A DNA stretch of 64,000 bases from an uncultured Clostridia bacterium. GTDB taxonomy: Bacteria; Bacillota_I; Bacilli_A; RF39; UBA660. Numbering within the stretch: the stretch's first letter is position 1; each line of letters opens with the position of its first letter. The stretch lies in NCBI GenBank assembly GCA_946533175.1, contig CAMNBS010000001.1, positions 35,316-99,315 on the forward strand, in the 5' to 3' direction. Of the stretch, positions 58,176-64,000 are shown one piece after another. The notes under the pieces are model-generated. The model ran no database searches, had not been told where the DNA came from, and worked only from the letters and a program-made list of their open reading frames with translations. The position numbers were made by a program, and so were the translations under genes.

Positions 58176-59537
58176 ATGAACAATGACCTTTTATGGTCAA
58201 AAGTCTTAAATAAAATCCAAACCGAAGTTAATTCAATTGTTTTTAAAACATGGTTTAAAGAAACAAAACTTTATACCATCGAGAATAATATTGCTACTAT
58301 AATTGTTCCAATGGAAATACATAGAAAACGTCTTTTGGACACTTATAAAGATTTAATTACCGGAGCTTTACTTGAAATAACCAATGTAATATATGATATT
58401 AATATTTTATTGGAGGATGAAATAATTATTAACAAAGAAGTGGATATTTCTATTCCAAAGAAAGAAGAAACAATTACTTTTAAGCACGCTTCTAATCTTA
58501 TTAAATCATATAATTTTGAAAACTTTGTTGTTGGAAATAGTAATAAACTTGCCCATGCATCAGCTCTAGCGGTTGCTGAAGCTCCAGGTCAAACATATAA
58601 TCCACTTTTTTTATATGGAAGTAGTGGGCTTGGAAAAACCCATTTAATGCATGCGATTGGTAATTATATTGAAGAAAACAGTAATAAAAAAGTATTATAT
58701 GTTTCATCACAACAATTTATTGATGATTTTTCTAAAATAAGTAGAAGAGATGATAATAACAAAACTAATTATGATTATGCCGATTATTTTAAAAATAAGT
58801 ATCGTTCATTAGATGTTTTAATTATTGATGATATACAATTTCTCGCAACGAAACCTAAAACACAAGAAGAATTTTTTCATACTTTTAATATACTATATAA
58901 TGATAATAAACAAATTATTATATCAAGCGATCGCTCACCAAATGATTTGAAATTATTAGAAGAACGTTTAAAAACAAGATTCTGTTGGGGATTAACAGTA
59001 GATATTTATCCTCCAGAATTTGAATTAAGGAAAAACATTTTAAAGAAAAAAATTCAAGGTGCTAATATTCATCAAAAAATACCTGATGATGTTATTGAAT
59101 ATATTGCCTCTAATATGACTAGCGATGTAAGAAATTTGGAAGGCGCTATTAATAGGTTAATGGCTTATTCATTAATGATGGGATATAATGAAATCAATTT
59201 ACCAATGGCTGTTGATGCTTTAAAAGATACTATTAATAAAGGAACAAGTGAAAAGACTAATATATTAAAAGTCCAAAAAGCTGTTGCCGATTATTTTCAA
59301 ATCTCTGTTGATGATTTAAAAAGTAAAAAAAGAAGTGCTTCAATTGCTTTTCCTAGACAGATAGCAATGTATTTATCTAGAACAATTTTAAATGAATCAT
59401 TTGAGCGTATTGGACTTGAATTTGGAGGAAAAGACCATTCTACGGTAATGCATTCATGCGATAAGATAAAAGGGGAAATAAATAATAATATGGAAATAAA
59501 AAATTCAGTTGAAAAAATTAAAGAAAGTATTCTATAA
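58176..59537 (+). CDS. dnaA: Chromosomal replication initiator protein DnaA
   Basis: AAA+ motifs (YGSSGLGKTHLMHAIG), box VII and C-terminal DNA-binding domain; RBS GGGAGGTGAGG. Confidence 0.95.
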   Translation: MNNDLLWSKVLNKIQTEVNSIVFKTWFKETKLYTIENNIATIIVPMEIHRKRLLDTYKDLITGALLEITNVIYDINILLEDEIIINKEVDISIPKKEETITFKHASNLIKSYNFENFVVGNSNKLAHASALAVAEAPGQTYNPLFLYGSSGLGKTHLMHAIGNYIEENSNKKVLYVSSQQFIDDFSKISRRDDNNKTNYDYADYFKNKYRSLDVLIIDDIQFLATKPKTQEEFFHTFNILYNDNKQIIISSDRSPNDLKLLEERLKTRFCWGLTVDIYPPEFELRKNILKKKIQGANIHQKIPDDVIEYIASNMTSDVRNLEGAINRLMAYSLMMGYNEINLPMAVDALKDTINKGTSEKTNILKVQKAVADYFQISVDDLKSKKRSASIAFPRQIAMYLSRTILNESFERIGLEFGGKDHSTVMHSCDKIKGEINNNMEIKNSVEKIKESIL

Positions 59538-59575
59538 TGTTAATAAAAAAAGAATTAAAGTGAATAACATATGAC

Positions 59576-59689
59576 TTATCCACATCTATAAAAATCTTAT
59601 TTTGAAATAATATTAACATATATGCTTTTTATCCACATATTTCCACATTGTTATTATAATTATTAAAATAAAGAAAGAAGGAATTATAA
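59576..59689 (+). promoter_or_regulatory. oriC downstream DnaA boxes (incC-like) followed by an AT-rich, triplet-periodic unwinding region
   Basis: Perfect TTATCCACA at 59576-84 and 59629-37, degenerate ATTTCCACA at 59640-48, all in the same orientation. Then TGT TAT TAT AAT TAT TAA AAT AAA, with A in the middle position of nearly every triplet (DnaA-trio-like). Confidence 0.55.
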
Positions 59690-60805
59690 ATGAAAATTAT
59701 TATAAAAAAAGAATTATTATTAGAAAATTTAAATAAAGTTAGTAAAGCTTTATCTACTAAAAATTTAGTTCCAGCTTTAGCTGGTATTAAATTTGATTTA
59801 AATGAGAAAGGATTAACATTAACAGCAAGTGATAATGATATAACTATTAAAACCTTTATTCCAAAAACTAATGATATGACAATTGATGAAGAAGGAAGTA
59901 TTATTATTCAAGGAAGATATATTTTAGATATTGTTAGAAAAATACCAGATAATCAAATAAATTTGGAAGTATTTGATGAAACTAAAATAATTATTTCCAC
60001 AAATAATAGTGAATATAATTTAAATGGAATTAATAAAAGGGATTATCCTAATATAAATTTAGAAGAAAACAAAAATCCAATTATTTTAGATGGTAAAAGT
60101 TTTAAAACTATGATTAATCAAACTGCCTTTGCTACAAGTCAAGATGAGTCTCGTCCTCAATTAACAGGTATTAATTTTAAAATTGTTGGAGATGAATTGG
60201 AATGTAATGCTACTGATTCTTATCGATTAGCTCGTAAATTGATTAAATTAAATCAAAATAGTGAGGAAACATTTAATATAGTTGTACCAAGTAAAAATTT
60301 ACAAGAATTTGCAAAAATAATTGATGATGATAGTGTTGAATTACATATTTTTAATAACAAAATACTATTAAAAAATAATAATACCTATATTCAAAGTCGT
60401 TTAATTAACGGAAGTTATCCTAATACTGCCAACTTATTACCTAATGAAAGTATTCTTAAAATAAATGTAAATATAAATGATTTATATAATGTAATAGATC
60501 GTGTAAGTATTTTAACAAGTGATAAGGAAAAGAATATTGTTACTTTAGAAACAGAAGGAAATACTTTAATAATGCGATCAAGTAGTCTTGAAATTGGTCG
60601 AGTAGAAGAAAAAATGCCAATTACAAAAAATAATGAAGAAGAAATAAGAATATCATTTAGTGCAAAATATATGATGGAAGCATTAAAAGTTTTTGATGGG
60701 GAAGAGGCAACAATTACTTTTGTAGGCGAAGTAAATCCAATTATTATTCAAGATAATAAAGATGAAAAGTTAATACAATTAGTTTTACCAATAAGAACTT
60801 ATTAA
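59690..60805 (+). CDS. dnaN: DNA polymerase III beta sliding clamp
   Basis: 371 aa, typical three-domain beta-clamp N-terminus MKIIIKKELLLENLNKVSKAL; position after dnaA. Confidence 0.9.
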   Translation: MKIIIKKELLLENLNKVSKALSTKNLVPALAGIKFDLNEKGLTLTASDNDITIKTFIPKTNDMTIDEEGSIIIQGRYILDIVRKIPDNQINLEVFDETKIIISTNNSEYNLNGINKRDYPNINLEENKNPIILDGKSFKTMINQTAFATSQDESRPQLTGINFKIVGDELECNATDSYRLARKLIKLNQNSEETFNIVVPSKNLQEFAKIIDDDSVELHIFNNKILLKNNNTYIQSRLINGSYPNTANLLPNESILKINVNINDLYNVIDRVSILTSDKEKNIVTLETEGNTLIMRSSSLEIGRVEEKMPITKNNEEEIRISFSAKYMMEALKVFDGEEATITFVGEVNPIIIQDNKDEKLIQLVLPIRTY

Positions 60806-60953
60806 ATAAGAGATTAAAAAGTGGTTAAATATCCACTTTTTTTGTGGAAAAAAGAATTTTTAATTTACAATTGACAAATTTCGACATTATTTGACATTTT
60901 TAATTACTATTATATTGGGCATTCACTTTGGTGAAGAGAAGGGAGGTTATTGG

Positions 60954-61397
60954 ATGGATTCTTATGAAATTAATAAGGATACTTGTGCTATTGTAAGTTT
61001 AAATAGTAACGTAACAAAAATTGTTGAAAAAGAAGATGATTATTTTATTAATAAGAATAGTTATGAAGTAATGGAAGATAGTTGTCAGTATTATGGTAGT
61101 TCATGTGAAGGAAGAATGAAGGGAACGAAAATGATTCTTGGTAGTAATTATAAAGTACCAATAATAATTGAAGAAAGTAATGAAATAATCTTTTTTCCTA
61201 CTGAATCACCTACATCTGAAAGTTGTATTTGGCTATCGCTAAATCATATTAAGATGTTTGAAAAAAGCAATGGTATGACAAAAGTTACTTTTGATTCTGG
61301 TAAAACAATGATTATCAAAATGTCTCCATCAGCATTTGAAATGCAATTATTACGAGCTAATAGACTTGGATCAATTATGCGCAAAAGAAAAGAATAG
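60954..61397 (+). CDS. comK: ComK-family competence transcription factor
   Basis: Conserved blocks align with B. subtilis ComK: SYEINKDTCAIV, SCQYYGSSCEGRMKGT, KVPIIIEESNEIIFFPTES, CIWLSLNHIKMF, KVTFDSGKTMIIKMSPSAFEMQLLRANRL. Start set to the ATG at 60954 (RBS GGGAGG 7 nt upstream). Confidence 0.75.
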   Translation: MDSYEINKDTCAIVSLNSNVTKIVEKEDDYFINKNSYEVMEDSCQYYGSSCEGRMKGTKMILGSNYKVPIIIEESNEIIFFPTESPTSESCIWLSLNHIKMFEKSNGMTKVTFDSGKTMIIKMSPSAFEMQLLRANRLGSIMRKRKE

Positions 61398-61521
61398 TAT
61401 TTATTTTTTAATTAGACGTTAAATTTCTTTAAAATCCCCTTAATTTGTGTTATAATTAACTAGTAATGTGGGTATACGTGTTTTTTAAAAAACAATTTTG
61501 AGCCTATTTTAGAGGTGTATT

Positions 61522-62655
61522 TTGAAAATTGAACGATTAAAATTAACTAATTTTAGAAATTATGCTAATTTAGAATTAGAATTTAATCCTAAAATTAATA
61601 TTTTTATTGGCGATAATGGTCAGGGGAAAACTAATATTCTTGAAAGTATTTATATTTTATCTCTAACTAAAACCAATCGTCAATGTCAAGAAGATGAACT
61701 GATTAAGTTTAATGAAGAAATAACTATGATTGAGGGGATTATAAAAAATGATACCTTAATAAAGAAAAAGAAAGTGGCTATTTCTAAAAAGAAAAAACAA
61801 TTATTTATTAATAATAAAGAAATACATCGTAATAGAGATTATATTAAGGATTTTTCCATTATTTCTTTTACACCAAATGATCTTGAAATAGTAAAAGGAT
61901 CTCCTAATATTAGGCGAAATATGATGAACATTGACATAAGCCAATTACATAATAATTACATTACCTTTCTAAATGAATATAACAAAATAATTAAAATTCG
62001 TAATGATTACTTAAAAAAAATGAATTTGAATGGTAATAGTGATATAAGATATCTTGAGGTTGTCAATAAAAGTCTAATTGAAAAGGCTACTAAAATTTAT
62101 GAATATCGTTTTTCATTTATTGAAAAAATTAATGAATATTTGCCAATAATTTACAAAAAAATAACAGGATTATCTAATTTACATATTGAATTTAATAATA
62201 GTATTGGACTTGAAAAGTTTGATTCCTTTGAAATAGAAAATGTATTTCAAAAGAAATTAAAAAAGAATTTTAATGCCGAACTTATGCAAGGAATGACATT
62301 AACTGGTCCTCATAGAGATGATTTTTCCTTTATATTAAATGATATGGATATGAAATCATATGCATCGCAAGGACAACAACGAATGGCTGTTATTGCACTT
62401 AAAATTAGCGAAATATATTTATTTAAGGAAATATTAGGTGAATTTCCTGTTTTACTTCTTGATGATATTTTTAGTGAAATAGATATGAAGAAGAGAAATA
62501 AAATTATTAAATTTTTTAAAGATGATATTCAAATTATTATTACAACAACAGATATTAATGATATAAATAATGAATTGTTGAAAAATTCTGTTATTTATAC
62601 AGTAAAAAATAGTAAATTAACACGAAAGGGTAGGATAAAATATGGAAGAGAATAA
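61522..62655 (+). CDS. recF: DNA replication and repair protein RecF
   Basis: N-terminus LKLTNFRNY, Walker [10 protein letters not shown], signature/D-loop region. Confidence 0.9.
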   Translation: MKIERLKLTNFRNYANLELEFNPKINIFIGDNGQGKTNILESIYILSLTKTNRQCQEDELIKFNEEITMIEGIIKNDTLIKKKKVAISKKKKQLFINNKEIHRNRDYIKDFSIISFTPNDLEIVKGSPNIRRNMMNIDISQLHNNYITFLNEYNKIIKIRNDYLKKMNLNGNSDIRYLEVVNKSLIEKATKIYEYRFSFIEKINEYLPIIYKKITGLSNLHIEFNNSIGLEKFDSFEIENVFQKKLKKNFNAELMQGMTLTGPHRDDFSFILNDMDMKSYASQGQQRMAVIALKISEIYLFKEILGEFPVLLLDDIFSEIDMKKRNKIIKFFKDDIQIIITTTDINDINNELLKNSVIYTVKNSKLTRKGRIKYGRE

Positions 62656-64000
62656 AGTAACAAATAATTATGATTCATCAGCAATACAAGTATTAGAAGG
62701 CTTAGAGGCAGTAAGAAAACGTCCTGGTATGTATATAGGGACTACTGATGTTAAAGGCTTACATCATTTAGTATGGGAAATTGTTGATAATTCAATTGAT
62801 GAGGCCTTAGCAGGATTTTGTAAAAATATTGAAATAGTTATTAATAAAGATAATTCTGTTACAGTTAAGGATGATGGACGTGGAATTCCGGTAGATATTC
62901 ATCCAAAAACGGGTAAATCAACTGTCGAAACAGTATATACTGTCTTACATGCCGGTGGTAAGTTTGGTGGTGGCGGATATAAAGTATCTGGTGGTTTACA
63001 CGGAGTAGGAGCGAGTGTAGTTAATGCCTTATCTAGTTGGGTAGAAGTTACTGTCTATAAAAATGGAAAAGTATATTTCATACGTTTCGAAAATGGAGGA
63101 CATACAAAAGAACCATTAAAGGTTATAGGTGAATGTGATGTTAATAGGACAGGAACAAGTGTAACATTCAAACCAGATTCATCAATATTTGATAGTGATA
63201 TATATGATTATGAAACGTTAAAAGTTAGGGTACGTGAATTAGCTTTCTTAAATAGAGGTTTATCATTAACCTTAAGAGATGATCGTGATGAAAAAGATAC
63301 TCAAGGTGATAAGTTTGTTTATGAAGGGGGAATAAGCGAGTACGTAAGATTTATTAATCGCGGAAAAAATCCTATTCATAATGATATTATTCATTTACAA
63401 GGTGAAGATGAGGGTGTCTTTTTTGAAGTAGCTATGCAATATACTGATGGTTATAATGATAATATTTACTCTTTTGTTAATAATATCAATACTCATGATG
63501 GTGGAACGCATGAAGAAGGAGTAAGAAGGGCTTTAACACGAGTAATAAATAATTATGCCCGTAAATCTTCAATGCTAAAGGAGAAAGATGAAGCATTAAC
63601 AGGTGATGATGTTAAAGAAGGTTTAACAATGATTATTTCTTGTAAACATCCAAATCCTCAATTTGAAGGTCAAACAAAAGGAAGACTTGGTAATTCTGAA
63701 GTAAGAAGGTTGGCTGATAAAGTATTCTCTGATGGTTTTGAAAGATTTTTAATGGAAAATCCTGAAGATGCTCGAACAATTGTTAATAAAGCAATGTTAG
63801 CATGTCGAGCAAGAAATGCTGCGAAAAAAGCTCGTGAAATAACACGAAAAAGTGATTTAGCAATGACTAGTTTCTTTGGTAAATTATCTGATTGTAAGAG
63901 TAAAGATCCAAAAGTATCTGAAATATTTATTGTCGAGGGAGATTCAGCTGGTGGAAGCGCTAAAAAAGGACGAGATTCAATGACCCAAGCTATTCTTCCT
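62642..64000 (+). CDS. gyrB: DNA gyrase subunit B (5' partial; continues beyond window)
   Basis: [30 protein letters not shown] ATPase motifs; overlaps the recF end by 14 nt. Confidence 0.95.
   Translation, partial: MEENKVTNNYDSSAIQVLEGLEAVRKRPGMYIGTTDVKGLHHLVWEIVDNSIDEALAGFCKNIEIVINKDNSVTVKDDGRGIPVDIHPKTGKSTVETVYTVLHAGGKFGGGGYKVSGGLHGVGASVVNALSSWVEVTVYKNGKVYFIRFENGGHTKEPLKVIGECDVNRTGTSVTFKPDSSIFDSDIYDYETLKVRVRELAFLNRGLSLTLRDDRDEKDTQGDKFVYEGGISEYVRFINRGKNPIHNDIIHLQGEDEGVFFEVAMQYTDGYNDNIYSFVNNINTHDGGTHEEGVRRALTRVINNYARKSSMLKEKDEALTGDDVKEGLTMIISCKHPNPQFEGQTKGRLGNSEVRRLADKVFSDGFERFLMENPEDARTIVNKAMLACRARNAAKKAREITRKSDLAMTSFFGKLSDCKSKDPKVSEIFIVEGDSAGGSAKKGRDSMTQAILP

Noticed and set aside
1-64000. 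CRISPR arrays, IS elements or transposases, prophage genes, tRNA or rRNA genes
   Set aside because: No regular direct-repeat/spacer structure, no transposase or integrase-like ORF, no cloverleaf-compatible conserved tRNA segments. The only repeats are the intragenic Asn-rich coding repeats in the ParB paralogue.

Overview
Low-GC (Bacillota-like, AT-rich) chromosome segment covering the replication-origin neighbourhood. The Bacillus-type gene order is intact: ychF-DUF951-parB-parA-noc-rsmG-mnmG-mnmE-jag-yidC-rnpA-rpmH | oriC | dnaA-dnaN-(comK)-recF-gyrB. Upstream lie a ribosomal/transcription block (secE-nusG-rplK-rplA-rplJ-rplL; rpsF-ssb-rpsR) and housekeeping genes (cysS, rlmB, mrnC, clpC-like, clpB, clpP, ftsEX, gap, uvrA, lgt, whiA). 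Nearly all genes are on the minus strand up to rpmH (about 57.9 kb) and on the plus strand from dnaA onward, consistent with the oriC strand switch. DnaA boxes flank dnaA on both sides.

Several accessory insertions interrupt this backbone:
- A TelA-centred membrane/extracytoplasmic cluster (VanY-like peptidase, vWA-SBP fusion, XpaC-like, 412-aa secreted protein, TelA). Beside it is an N-extended SpoVK/CbbX-type AAA+ ATPase whose promoter carries a perfect head-to-head DnaA-box palindrome.
- A 4.8-kb island between secE and a TIGR01212 radical-SAM gene (three unknown membrane proteins plus a cytoplasmic GH31 glycosidase).
- A pair of paralogous unknown proteins between noc and rsmG.
- An Asn-rich, repeat-containing ParB/Noc paralogue.
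- A CaCA antiporter gene inside the rpmH-dnaA (oriC) interval.
- A ComK-family gene in the yaaA slot between dnaN and recF.

A CIRCE (HrcA) operator overlaps the promoter of a ClpB that lacks its N-domain. No tRNA, rRNA, CRISPR array or transposase is evident. All functional calls are from motif and architecture recognition by eye; no searches were run.
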